Source of the DNA: Corynebacterium amycolatum
GTDB taxonomy: Bacteria; Actinomycetota; Actinomycetes; Mycobacteriales; Mycobacteriaceae
DNA: 32,000 nt
Reading direction: 5' to 3' (one strand)
Assembly (NCBI RefSeq): GCF_049243625.1
Contig: NZ_CP046975.1
The position numbers were made by a program, and so were the translations under genes. The notes beneath the pieces were generated by a model. The model was not told the DNA's origin, did no database searches, and saw only the letters and a program-made list of their open reading frames with translations. Shown in pieces: positions 17,884 to 26,289 of this stretch (position 1 is the first letter of the stretch; every line of letters starts with the position of its first letter).

Positions 17884-19059
17884 TTACTTGGCGGTCGCGT
17901 TCAGGTCAATGGTGTTAGCACCACGATCACCCATGTCGCGGGTGTCGACACGACCGGAGTTGAACGGCGAAGTGGAGACTGCGAATGCCGGCTCACCGAT
18001 GTGCTTCAGAGCATCAGCGTTAGTAGCTTCTGGGTTCTCCTGGCGGAACTTGATGTACTCGGTGAATGCCTCACGGGGGACAGCACGAATCTCGAAGTTC
18101 ATCATTGCGTGGTAGGTACCACACATCTCGGCACAACGGCCAACGAATGCGTTCTTGACCTTGTCGCTCGGGTTGTCCTCTGGTCGGTTGGCAATCTTGT
18201 CCGAGTCAATCTTTTCGATCTGGAAGACACGGTTGGACTTGTTAGCCTCCGGGTGCGGGAACACGTCGCGCTTGAAGAGGAACTCCGGAACCCAGAAGGA
18301 GTGAATCACGTCAGCGGACGCGAGGTCGAACTGAATTGCAGTGTCTTCCGGAACAACGAGGACCGGAACCTCTTCGGTGGTACCGAGGGTCTCAATCTCG
18401 TCGTAGTGCAGGTAGTCGAGGCTCTCCTTGGAGCGACCGTGAACCGGGTACTCCTTCTGCTTTGCGCGATCTTCGTCGGACGGAACCTCGTGGCCACCCT
18501 CGGTGAAGAACTGCTCATCAGCCGGCTTCTCAATACGACCGTTGTACTCCTGGCCGCCCATCAGGTCAGCGGAGATGTTGGCGTAACCGAACTTCCAGTT
18601 CCACTGGAAACCGGTGACGTCGACGGTGACCTCTGGATCCTTATCCAGAGCAGTGACCTCGTCCTGAGTCTGAACCGTGAAGAAGAACAGAGTCATCACA
18701 ATCAGAATCGGGAGAATGGTCAGAGACAACTCAACCGGAACGTTGTATGCAGTCTGGCGCGGGAACTCGCCCTTGCCCTTCTTCTCAGCCTTCTTAGCTG
18801 TGAAGTTTGTCATCGAGTAAAGGGTAACGCCCCAAACGATGATGCCGATAATCCAAGCTGCAACCCAGGTCCAAACCCAGAAGTTACCCATGGACTGTGC
18901 TTCCGGGGTCACACCTTCCGGCCAACCAAAGCGGAGCAGCTTGAAGAAGCCGTTCTCCGGAGGATTAACATCGCAGCCGGCAAGCAAGGCTGCGCTACCG
19001 GTGGCAACGCCGAGGACGCCGAGCTTACGGGCGACTCCGAACTTTCTACGCTGATTCAC
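17884..19059 (-). CDS. ctaC: Cytochrome aa3 oxidase subunit II (lipoprotein, CuA centre)
   Basis: It has the CuA motif CAEMCGTYHAMM and the lipobox LLAGC. I prefer GTG 19059, which has GGAAGG 9 nt upstream. The ORF track extends to TTG 19086. Confidence 0.9.
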   Translation of the reverse strand: MNQRRKFGVARKLGVLGVATGSAALLAGCDVNPPENGFFKLLRFGWPEGVTPEAQSMGNFWVWTWVAAWIIGIIVWGVTLYSMTNFTAKKAEKKGKGEFPRQTAYNVPVELSLTILPILIVMTLFFFTVQTQDEVTALDKDPEVTVDVTGFQWNWKFGYANISADLMGGQEYNGRIEKPADEQFFTEGGHEVPSDEDRAKQKEYPVHGRSKESLDYLHYDEIETLGTTEEVPVLVVPEDTAIQFDLASADVIHSFWVPEFLFKRDVFPHPEANKSNRVFQIEKIDSDKIANRPEDNPSDKVKNAFVGRCAEMCGTYHAMMNFEIRAVPREAFTEYIKFRQENPEATNADALKHIGEPAFAVSTSPFNSGRVDTRDMGDRGANTIDLNATAK

Positions 19060-19559
19060 GTGTGTCTGCCTTCCTGATCCACACAATTTTCGATAACCGA
19101 TTAAGGTTTCGTCCTACCCAAGCAGAGTAGTCGATTCTTAAGCTTTCTCCACAATAAATATGGCTGTGGGGTGCCTTTGAGTATATCTGCCCTAATAAAA
19201 TACTGAGAAAGACCCGCCTATCGGGGGTGGCATTCTCACCAGTTACACCCTGTTGACGCTCCCAAGTCTATGAATTTTTTAGTGTTTGCGCCACGCGCTG
19301 ACGCACACACCGTCCCGCACAACCTTGCCCCGAGCCCTAGACACGGCAAACTCAGACATTCTCGCTTTTCCCCAAAAGGCATTAAAGTAGGTGCAGCATT
19401 TCTATGTGGTGCCAATCTGGGGTTCAACCCAGCTACTCAGCCACGCGGCGGTCCTTCACGGCCACCGGTTCAGGCGACAGCCAGTCGCACTGAGCCCCTA
19501 GCTACGAAGCCGTCGAAAATCCACTAAGTGACACTAAGCGAAAGGTGCGCGCACGAAGC

Positions 19560-21485
19560 ATGTGTGGTCTTCTCGGAATCCTGACTGCAAATTCTGACGC
19601 AGCGGAGCTCGTTCCCGTTGTCGAAAGGGCCCTGCCCTGCATGCGGCACCGCGGCCCTGACGATGCAGGCACGTGGCACGATGAGGACGCAGTTTTCGGC
19701 TTCAACCGCCTATCCATTATTGATATTGCCCACAGCCACCAACCGCTGCAGTGGGGACCGGAGAATCAGCCGAATCGTTACTCCATGACCTTCAACGGCG
19801 AAATCTACAATTTCGTCGAACTCCGCGAGCAGCTGCAGAAGGAAGGCTATGCCTTTAATACCTCCGGCGATGGTGAACCCATCGTCGTTGGGTTCCACCA
19901 CTGGGGAGCGGACGTCGTAAAGCACCTGCGCGGCATGTTCGGCATTGCTATCTGGGACAGCGTCGAACGCAAGCTTTTCCTGGCGCGCGATCCGTTCGGC
20001 ATTAAGCCGCTCTACTACGCCACCACAGAGCGCGGCACGATTTTCGGTTCTGAGAAGAAGTCCCTGCTCGAAGCTGCGCCGGAGATGGGCATCGATGCGA
20101 AGAAGCTGAATAAGCGCGCACTGGAGCACTACGTCGATCTGCAGTATGTGCCGGAACCGGAGTCGCTGCACACCGAAATTGTCCGCTTGGAGTCGGGCTG
20201 CACAGCCGTCGTTACGCCTGGCGGCGAAGTTAAGCAGACCCGCTACTTCAAGCCGAGTTTCCCGATTCAGCCAGTAGCTAAGGGCGCTGAGCAGGATGTT
20301 TTTGACCGCATTGCCCGCGCACTGGAGGACAGCGTCGAGAAGCATATGCGTGCCGACGTCACGGTGGGCTCGTTCCTGTCGGGCGGTATCGACTCCACGG
20401 CGATTGCAACTTTGGCTAAGCGCCACAACCCGAACCTGCTGACGTTTACCACCGGCTTCGAGCGCGAGGGCTTCTCCGAGGTCGATGTGGCTGCGGAGTC
20501 CGCCGCTGCCATCGGTGTCGAGCACATCGTGAAGGTCGTCTCGCCGGAGGAGTTCGCCGGTGCGATTCCGAAGATTATGTGGTACCTCGATGACCCGGTA
20601 GCTGACCCTGCACTGGTACCGCTGTACTTCGTGGCCGCAGAGGCTCGTAAGCACGTTAAGGTCGTACTGTCCGGTGAGGGCGCAGACGAGCTCTTTGGTG
20701 GTTACACCATTTATAAGGAGCCGCTGTCGCTGAAACCGTTCGACAAGGTTCCCTCTCCCCTGCTGCGCGGCCTGGCTAAGGTCGGCGAAGCTCTGCCAGA
20801 AGGCATGCGCGGCAAGTCACTGCTGCAGCGAGGCACTACTCCGCTGGAGCAGCGCTACTACGGCAATGCTCGTTCCTTTAACTTCGAGCAGCTGCAGGAA
20901 GTCCTGCCATGGGCAAAGAAGGAATGGGACCACAGCGATGTCACGGCACCGATTTACGCGCAGTCTGAAGGCTGGGACCCGGTGACTCGGATGCAGCACT
21001 TGGATCTGTTCACCTGGTTGCGTGGCGACATTCTGGTCAAGGCCGACAAAATCACCATGGCCAACTCCCTGGAGCTGCGCGTGCCGTTCCTCGACCGTGT
21101 GGTCTTCGACGTTGCACAGACGCTGCCGGTGGACATGCGGGTTTCTCACGGCACCACTAAGTACGCACTGCGTCGCGCCATGGAGCAGATTGTTCCGGAG
21201 CACGTTCTCAACCGCCGCAAACTGGGCTTCCCGGTGCCGATTCGCCACTGGCTGGCGGGCGACGAACTGCACGGCTGGGCCGAGGACATCATCCGCGAGT
21301 CCCAGACTGATGAGTTCATTAATAAGGACGCCGTGCTCAAGATGCTCGCCGAGCACCACCCAACCGAGCGCGACCACTCTCGCCGCCTCTGGACCATCCT
21401 GGCCTTCATGGTCTGGCACGGCATCTTCATCGAAGACCGCATCACTCCGGACATCGAGCAGCGCGACTACCCCGTCGAGCTCTAG
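19560..21485 (+). CDS. ltsA: Glutamine-dependent asparagine-synthase-family amidotransferase (AsnB/LtsA)
   Basis: The N-terminal nucleophile Met-Cys (MCGLLGIL) fixes the start at ATG 19560. It has the PP-loop FLSGGIDST. It occupies the position of cg2410/Rv2201. Confidence 0.9.
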   Translation: MCGLLGILTANSDAAELVPVVERALPCMRHRGPDDAGTWHDEDAVFGFNRLSIIDIAHSHQPLQWGPENQPNRYSMTFNGEIYNFVELREQLQKEGYAFNTSGDGEPIVVGFHHWGADVVKHLRGMFGIAIWDSVERKLFLARDPFGIKPLYYATTERGTIFGSEKKSLLEAAPEMGIDAKKLNKRALEHYVDLQYVPEPESLHTEIVRLESGCTAVVTPGGEVKQTRYFKPSFPIQPVAKGAEQDVFDRIARALEDSVEKHMRADVTVGSFLSGGIDSTAIATLAKRHNPNLLTFTTGFEREGFSEVDVAAESAAAIGVEHIVKVVSPEEFAGAIPKIMWYLDDPVADPALVPLYFVAAEARKHVKVVLSGEGADELFGGYTIYKEPLSLKPFDKVPSPLLRGLAKVGEALPEGMRGKSLLQRGTTPLEQRYYGNARSFNFEQLQEVLPWAKKEWDHSDVTAPIYAQSEGWDPVTRMQHLDLFTWLRGDILVKADKITMANSLELRVPFLDRVVFDVAQTLPVDMRVSHGTTKYALRRAMEQIVPEHVLNRRKLGFPVPIRHWLAGDELHGWAEDIIRESQTDEFINKDAVLKMLAEHHPTERDHSRRLWTILAFMVWHGIFIEDRITPDIEQRDYPVEL

Positions 21486-21569
21486 TTCGCTAGTTCGCTT
21501 TACGACGGTCCCCGCGCTGCCATCCTGCCCCGGCAGGCTGCCACCATAGCCGGCGCAACCAAAAGAAAA

Positions 21570-21610
21570 GGCTCGGACCTCACTCAATTAACAAGAGTGA
21601 GGTCCGAGCC
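21570..21610. terminator. Bidirectional terminator (erpA on the minus strand, asnB on the plus strand)
   Basis: A perfect 16-bp stem (GGCTCGGACCTCACTC / GAGTGAGGTCCGAGCC) has a 9-nt loop. The U-tract is good on the minus strand (UUUUCUUUUGG) and weaker on the plus strand (UUGUACUAU). Confidence 0.75.
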
Positions 21611-21666
21611 TTGTACTATCCGACGCTTTTCACAGCGTCTGCTGACAGCTCTGCTCAGCTAATGAC

Positions 21667-22008
21667 TTAGTTGAAGGAGTCACCGCAAGCACAGGAGCCG
21701 GTGGCATTCGGGTTATCGATGGTGAAGCCCTGCTGCTCAATAGTGTCCGCGAAGTCGATAGTGGCGCCGGACAGGTACGGAACCGACTGGCGATCAACAA
21801 CCAGCTTGACACCACCGAAAACCTCGGCGACATCGCCGTCGAGGCTGCGATCATCGAAGTAGAGCTGGTAGCGCAGGCCGGCGCAGCCGCCCGGAGCCAC
21901 GGAAATACGCAGTGCCAGGTCGGTGGCACCTTCTTGATCCAGAAGTGCCTTTGCCTTGGCAGCCGCAGCTTCGGTCAGGGTAACGCCAGTGCTCTGAGCA
22001 GTAGTCAT
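21667..22008 (-). CDS. erpA: HesB/IscA-family iron-sulfur cluster insertion protein (ErpA-like)
   Basis: 113 aa with a conserved Cys in GGCAGL and the C-terminal CACGDSF motif. Confidence 0.85.
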   Translation of the reverse strand: MTTAQSTGVTLTEAAAAKAKALLDQEGATDLALRISVAPGGCAGLRYQLYFDDRSLDGDVAEVFGGVKLVVDRQSVPYLSGATIDFADTIEQQGFTIDNPNATGSCACGDSFN

Positions 22009-22308
22009 AGCGCGTGTCCTCCTTGTTGAAGTGTTTAAGTATGCGAGTCGACCCCAAGGTCGGCTACGTCATTATTTATCACAACCATACCGACCAGTCT
22101 TTAATTCCCAATTCTGGGCTCTCTTTTTCTTTCTCTTTTTCTGAAGTCTCTTCTTGCCGCCACCTCGCAACCGCACCACGGCCTCCGACGCCCCAACGGC
22201 GCTCTCTCCGCCTCCGACCCCACGCGGCGGCCACGCCAAAAACCACGCCCCTTGCCCAGCCCCTGGCCCTCAACCTGCAACCAAATTAGGGAAGCACCTT
22301 GAAGACCT

Positions 22309-22314
22309 TATAAT
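22309..22314 (+). promoter_or_regulatory. Candidate -10 box (TATAAT) for a leaderless or near-leaderless DUF3043 transcript
   Basis: This is a perfect TATAAT within GC-rich DNA, ending 8 nt before GTG 22323. No SD is present. Confidence 0.35.
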
Positions 22315-22322
22315 CTGGGGTC

Positions 22323-23087
22323 GTGAATCTACCGTGGAAAAAGAATGACAAAAAGTCCAAGGCAGCTGACGCAACTAAAGCTGACGCAACCAACGCCGGA
22401 GACGTAACCACCGACGCGACCGCATCCAGCGGAGCCAAGGACACCGCTTCGGAGTCTCAGCAGCCCGAGAAGAAGCACAGCGGTGCCTTTACTCCCAAGA
22501 AGGGGCGCCCCACCCCGAAGCGCAACGAGGTTGAGCGCGCACGCGGCATCCGCCGTGGCCCGGTCGAGGCACCGCTAACCGCTAAGGAAGCTCGCCAGCG
22601 CCGCAAGGAGCTCAAGGCCTCCATGTCCAAGGAAGAGCTCAAGGCCGCCAAGGCACGCGAGCGAGCAGAGCGACGTGAGCAGCGCCGCATTGCCGACGAG
22701 CGCATGGCCGCCGGCGATCCGCGCTACATGCTGCCGCGTGACCAGGGCGCTGAGCGCAAGTTTGTCCGCGACTGGGTTGATTCCCGTCGCTTCCTCGCTA
22801 ACGTGTTCCTCCCGTTCGCGCTGATTCTGCTGCTGATTATGATGATTGGCACTTCCCTGCCAAAGCTGGCCAACATCGCATCTCTCATCGCGATGGTTCT
22901 CATCATCGCCCTGATTATCGAAGGTATCTACATCGGCCGCCGTGCCATCAAGCTGACGCGCGAACGCTTCCCGAAGACCACCGAGGGAGCCTGGGGGCTG
23001 GGCTTCTACGCTTACTCCCGCGCTTCTCAGCCGCGTCGTCTGCGTACTCCGCGTCCGCAGGTCAACATCGGCGACGAGATCAAGTAG
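22323..23087 (+). CDS. DUF3043-family membrane protein (Rv2206 homolog)
   Basis: The basic N-terminal half carries KKGRPTPKRNE, followed by YMLPRDQG and two TM helices. This matches the Rv2206 layout as I recall it. Confidence 0.8.
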   Translation: MNLPWKKNDKKSKAADATKADATNAGDVTTDATASSGAKDTASESQQPEKKHSGAFTPKKGRPTPKRNEVERARGIRRGPVEAPLTAKEARQRRKELKASMSKEELKAAKARERAERREQRRIADERMAAGDPRYMLPRDQGAERKFVRDWVDSRRFLANVFLPFALILLLIMMIGTSLPKLANIASLIAMVLIIALIIEGIYIGRRAIKLTRERFPKTTEGAWGLGFYAYSRASQPRRLRTPRPQVNIGDEIK

Positions 23088-23099
23088 CCTCCATCTGCC

Positions 23100-23693
23100 A
23101 TGCGCACTCTGGTTCTCGGTGGCGCCCGCTCAGGCAAGTCCTCATGGGCTGAGCACGAGCTGCTGGCCACCGCCGCAGCCTCAACCGACTGTGCCTCAGA
23201 TGCCGCAGCCTCAGCGGTGTTGCACTACATCGCAACTGCACGGCCCTGGCCCGGTGATAGTGACTTTCACTCCAGGGTCAAGGAGCACCGCATTCGTCGT
23301 CAAGCCCAGGCACAAGAGCACGGAGTGGTCTGGTACACGGTTGATGACGTCGATGCGGTGGATGCTCTCGCGTCGCCGAAGCGGCGCATGTTGCTCGACG
23401 ATGTCGGCACCTGGCTGACGCACATCCTCGACGCGCAGGGGCTGTGGGAGGCGCCGAGGGGCAGCGTCGCGCCGTGGACACACTCGCTTGTCGACGCCGT
23501 GCGCAACTTCCCCGCAGATTCCGACCTGTTCATTGTGTCGCCCGAAGTGGGCTTCGGTGTCATTCCCGAGCACCGCTCAGGGCGGCTTTTCCGTGATGAA
23601 ATTGGCCTTCTCAACCAGCAGCTCGCAGCTGTCTGTGATCGTGTTGTCTTAGTTGTGGCGGGCTGCCCTATGGAAGTCAAGGCGGCGAGCTAG
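23100..23693 (+). CDS. cobU: Bifunctional adenosylcobinamide kinase / adenosylcobinamide-phosphate guanylyltransferase
   Basis: It has the N-terminal P-loop LVLGGARSGKSSWAE. Its size and its position upstream of cobT-cobS fit the call. Confidence 0.85.
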   Translation: MRTLVLGGARSGKSSWAEHELLATAAASTDCASDAAASAVLHYIATARPWPGDSDFHSRVKEHRIRRQAQAQEHGVVWYTVDDVDAVDALASPKRRMLLDDVGTWLTHILDAQGLWEAPRGSVAPWTHSLVDAVRNFPADSDLFIVSPEVGFGVIPEHRSGRLFRDEIGLLNQQLAAVCDRVVLVVAGCPMEVKAAS

Positions 23694-23746
23694 ATTCACT
23701 CCACGCCTCTCCTCCTATGACGGTCTTCCTAGCAATGCGAATAACT

Positions 23747-23767
23747 GTGTACCAATGGTCGGTACAC
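23747..23767 (+). other. Stem-loop between cobU and cobT
   Basis: GTGTACC-aatggtc-GGTACAC forms a perfect 7-bp stem, followed by AAATCGTTTTCGG. It may be a weak terminator or a processing or regulatory hairpin. Confidence 0.3.
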
Positions 23768-23795
23768 AAATCGTTTTCGGGTAGCGTTTGAGAGT

Positions 23796-24833
23796 ATGAA
23801 CGCGGATTATTTTGGACCGGTAGCACGCCCTGACGAAGAGACTGAACAAGCCGCCCGCGTGCGCCATGAGCAGTTGACTAAACCCGCAGGCTCACTCGGC
23901 CGGTTGGAAGAACTCGGCATTTGGATTTCGGCGTGCCAGGGAGAATGCCCTCCGCGTGACCTAGACGATTGTCGTGTTTATGTCTTCGCTGGTGACCACG
24001 GTGTTGCCCAGGGCGGGGTGTCCGCGTACCCGTCCGAGGTGTCTATCCAGATGCTTGCCAACATCGAGGCAAAGGGCGCCGGCGTGAACGCTATCGCTGA
24101 CATCGCGGGAGCCACAGTTACCGGTGTGGACATTTCCCTCGACCACGATGCCGAAGGGCCATACCGTATCCGTCGCAGCTGCGGTTCTATCGACCGCGAG
24201 GATGCGATGAGCGAGGAGGAGGTCGATAAGGCCATCCGCACGGGTATCGCGATTGCCGACGCCGCCGTTGATGAAGGCGCTGACCTGCTCATTGCCGGCG
24301 ACCTGGGCATCGGAAACACCACTCCAGCCGCAGCGCTGATCGGTGCCGTGACCAACTCCGAACCAGTTGTCGTCGTCGGCCGAGGCACTGGCATTGATGA
24401 CGAGGGCTGGAAGCTCAAGGTCGCTGCCGTGCGCGATGCCATGTTCCGCGTGCGTCGCCTGCGCAATGACCCGGTTGAGGTGCTCCGTCGTATTTCCTCG
24501 CCGGATATGACTGTGATGGCCGCATTCTTGGCTCAGGCAGCGGTGCGTCGCACTCCTGTGATTTTGGACGGAGTGGTTGTCACATCCGCAGCTCTGCTAG
24601 CTGACCAGCTCGCGCCGGGCGCGCGCGATTGGTGGGTCGCCGGCCACAAGTCGGCAGAGCCCGCGCACGCGCTTGCCCTTCGACACCTGGATAAGGAACC
24701 ACTTCTCGAATACGGGATGCGTCTTGGCGAAGGCTCCGGCGCCGTCGCTGCCCTACCGCTGGTCAAGTCCGGCGTATCCGTCCTGCGCAACATGGCTACC
24801 TTCGCCGACGCAGGCGTAAGCACCAAGGACTAA
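23796..24833 (+). CDS. cobT: Nicotinate-nucleotide--dimethylbenzimidazole phosphoribosyltransferase
   Basis: 345 aa with the conserved GDLGIGNTTPAAAL and MRLGEGSGA motifs. Confidence 0.9.
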   Translation: MNADYFGPVARPDEETEQAARVRHEQLTKPAGSLGRLEELGIWISACQGECPPRDLDDCRVYVFAGDHGVAQGGVSAYPSEVSIQMLANIEAKGAGVNAIADIAGATVTGVDISLDHDAEGPYRIRRSCGSIDREDAMSEEEVDKAIRTGIAIADAAVDEGADLLIAGDLGIGNTTPAAALIGAVTNSEPVVVVGRGTGIDDEGWKLKVAAVRDAMFRVRRLRNDPVEVLRRISSPDMTVMAAFLAQAAVRRTPVILDGVVVTSAALLADQLAPGARDWWVAGHKSAEPAHALALRHLDKEPLLEYGMRLGEGSGAVAALPLVKSGVSVLRNMATFADAGVSTKD

Positions 24834-24838
24834 TCGAC

Positions 24839-25711
24839 TTGTCCGACAAAGCCGGCCCGTCTCACCAGGACAACCTCGACGGTGATCCCTCCGCTCACGG
24901 CAATGCCGTCGCTGAGGCCATCACCACTGCCCTGTCCTGGCTCACTGTCCTGCCTTTCAAAGGCGCGAGCGTGTTCGACCGCATTACCGGCCGCCGCGCC
25001 ATCGCTGCACTGCCAGTAGCTGGGCTCGTTCCTGCCGCGGGTGCAGTTCTCATCACGGCGGGGCTGTTCGCAACGTCGTCGTCACGCACGCCCACGCTTT
25101 ACGACGTCACCCCGATCCTCGGCGGCGCCCTGATTATGGTGGCGGCACAGATGTTGACCCGCGCCATGCACCTGGATGGGCTGGCGGATGTGGCAGATGC
25201 CCTCGGCTCGTATAAACCGCCGGAGGGGGCGCGCGAGGTGCTGCGCGATCCGAGCACCGGCCCAATGGGCGTGGGCTCCATCGTGCTGACGATGTTGACG
25301 ACGACGACTGCTTTTGCCGTGATTGTGGCTAGTGTGCTGTCACATTGGTCTGCTGGTCAGATGTGGCCGAGCGTGGTTGTGCTGTGCTTGCCTTTTGTGG
25401 CCTCTCGCGCGGCGGCAACGACTGCCTGCTGGCGTGGCTTTCCGCCTTTTTCGAACAGCGGCTTCGGCTCCCTGACGGCTGGTACACAGTCCACCGTGAC
25501 GGTGGCCTGCTGGTGGACACTGCTGCTAGCTGTGTCGGGCGGGTTGATTGGGCTCGTGGGCGTAGCCGCTTGTGTGCTGAGCTTCGGCGTTACACTGCTG
25601 CTGACACAGCACTGCGTGAAGAGGTTTGGAGGAGTCAACGGCGACGTGTTTGGTGCGGTCATTGAGGTAACATGCGCTGTCTGTGCCGTGGTACTTGCCA
25701 TAGGGTTCTAG
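24839..25711 (+). CDS. cobS: Adenosylcobinamide-GDP ribazoletransferase (cobalamin synthase)
   Basis: This polytopic membrane protein has the ALSWLTVLP and HLDGLADVADALGS motifs. It starts at TTG with about 25 aa of N-terminal extension, so the start is uncertain. Confidence 0.85.
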   Translation: MSDKAGPSHQDNLDGDPSAHGNAVAEAITTALSWLTVLPFKGASVFDRITGRRAIAALPVAGLVPAAGAVLITAGLFATSSSRTPTLYDVTPILGGALIMVAAQMLTRAMHLDGLADVADALGSYKPPEGAREVLRDPSTGPMGVGSIVLTMLTTTTAFAVIVASVLSHWSAGQMWPSVVVLCLPFVASRAAATTACWRGFPPFSNSGFGSLTAGTQSTVTVACWWTLLLAVSGGLIGLVGVAACVLSFGVTLLLTQHCVKRFGGVNGDVFGAVIEVTCAVCAVVLAIGF

Positions 25712-25731
25712 CAGGGAAAATGCACGCATTG

Positions 25732-25751
25732 CCCCCGTTGGGGTTTTCTTT
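25732..25751 (+). terminator. Weak candidate cobS terminator
   Basis: The sequence CCCCCGTTGGGGTTTTCTTT gives only a 4-bp G/C stem followed by a U-rich tail. Confidence 0.3.
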
Positions 25752-25762
25752 AAAAAGAACTA

Positions 25763-25792
25763 TTGACGGTCACTTTGACGCGGACGTATTCT
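25763..25792 (+). promoter_or_regulatory. Candidate sigma-A-type promoter TTGACG-N18-TATTCT with no downstream plus-strand CDS
   Basis: The hexamers were read directly at 25763-25768 and 25787-25792. A second TTGACG copy lies at 25775-25780. Confidence 0.35.
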
Positions 25793-25798
25793 GAGGGC

Positions 25799-25960
25799 AC
25801 ACCGCCGGGAAGGCGGAGTACAGGAGGCTCGTTTCGGGGCTCGCCCAAATTATTTTGCGCCGACCGTTTGCCGGGGCGCCAAGAACGAGCACACCTTCTA
25901 GCCTCCCAGCTAATTAAAAAAAGCGCGTCCCGTCGCAGCAATGCACGGGATGTGCTTTTC
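25799..25960 (+). ncRNA. Candidate ~160-nt structured small RNA (promoter to intrinsic terminator)
   Basis: It is bounded by the promoter above and the terminator at 25923-25960. Internal pairs are CCGCC/GGCGG (25803-25817), GGAGG (25823-25827) with CCUCC (25902-25906), CUCGUU (25828-25833) with AACGAG (25884-25889), and GCGCC/GGCGC (25856-25879). No start codon follows the AGGAGG. Confidence 0.3.
25923..25960 (+). terminator. Rho-independent terminator, best on the plus strand and possibly bidirectional
   Basis: GCGCGUCCCGU pairs with ACGGGAUGUGC over 11 bp, including 2 G-U pairs that exist only on the plus strand, followed by UUUUC. The minus-strand version has 2 A-C mismatches but a 7-U tail. 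Confidence 0.6.
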
Positions 25961-25983
25961 TATGTTGGGGTAATACTCCCAGG

Positions 25984-26015
25984 TTTGGGTTCTGTGGGGT
26001 TTGGGTTCTGCGGGG
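25984..26015. repeat. Tandem 16-nt direct repeat TTTGGGTTCTG(T/C)GGGG x2
   Basis: The two adjacent copies (25984-25999 and 26000-26015) differ at one position. Confidence 0.8.
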
Positions 26016-26021
26016 GGCTAG

Positions 26022-26077
26022 TGACTGCGGTTATGTTAGCGACGGCGGACCGATGCGAGTTACTGACTGCGTTTATG
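26022..26077. repeat. Dispersed direct repeat TGACTGCG(G/T)TTATG x2
   Basis: The copies at 26022-26035 and 26064-26077 share 13 of 14 positions and start 42 nt apart. Confidence 0.7.
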
Positions 26078-26122
26078 GCGAAAATGGTCCGAAAAATGGC
26101 CTGAAAGTGTCATAAACTCGCA
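26054..26122. repeat. 14-nt imperfect inverted repeat enclosing a GAAAAATGG(T/C)C duplication
   Basis: TGCGAGTTACTGAC (26054-26067) pairs with GTCATAAACTCGCA (26109-26122) at 12 of 14 positions. The 41-nt interior contains aaaatggtccgaaaaatggcctgaaa. Confidence 0.65.
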
Positions 26123-26148
26123 CAGCTTCACATCTGCAGCCCATCGTT

Positions 26149-26182
26149 CTTGGCCTGTAAGTATCATGCTTGGCCTGTCAGT
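26149..26182. repeat. Direct repeat CTTGGCCTGT(A/C)AGT x2 with 20-nt period
   Basis: The copies at 26149-26162 and 26169-26182 share 13 of 14 positions. Confidence 0.75.
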
Positions 26183-26194
26183 TTTGGGGTTAAG

Positions 26195-26236
26195 CAGAAA
26201 AAGTGTGCCCACCCGGCGATATGCCGAGCGGACACA
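26195..26236 (-). terminator. Rho-independent terminator of the VWA gene
   Basis: On the minus strand UGUGUCCGCUCGGC pairs with GCCGGGUGGGCACA. This is a 14-bp stem with 3 G-U pairs that form only on this strand and a 5-nt loop, followed by CUUUUUCUGCUU. Confidence 0.7.
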
Positions 26237-26289
26237 TTCTTGCGGGTTAGCCCCTCCTGCTCAGGAGCTTCCTGAGCTTACGGTTTGTC

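Noticed and set aside
17875-19077. A 400-aa plus-strand ORF antisense to ctaC.
   Set aside because: It is a shadow ORF. The ctaC frame carries the CuA and lipobox motifs, and the antisense frame carries none.
19710-21587. Minus-strand ORFs of 314 aa and 256 aa antisense to asnB/ltsA.
   Set aside because: These are shadow ORFs within a well-supported CDS and have no motifs.
22100-22300. CT-rich and C-rich low-complexity DNA with GCCTCCGAC repeated at 22181 and 22210. ORFs of 64-91 aa occur on both strands.
   Set aside because: The ORF translations are Pro/Arg/Ala low-complexity with no SD. The region is the divergent erpA/DUF3043 promoter spacer, and the 9-mer repeat is weak evidence of anything.
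23694-23795. I looked for a cobalamin riboswitch upstream of cobU, cobT and cobS, and also in 22009-22322.
   Set aside because: The spacers are too short (12, 102 and 5 nt) and no B12-box-like sequence is present. Only a simple 7-bp hairpin was found.
25763-26104. A 113-aa plus-strand ORF in the cobS/VWA spacer.
   Set aside because: It reads straight through a strong intrinsic terminator and several repeats, has no SD and has an implausible composition. The region is better explained as non-coding.
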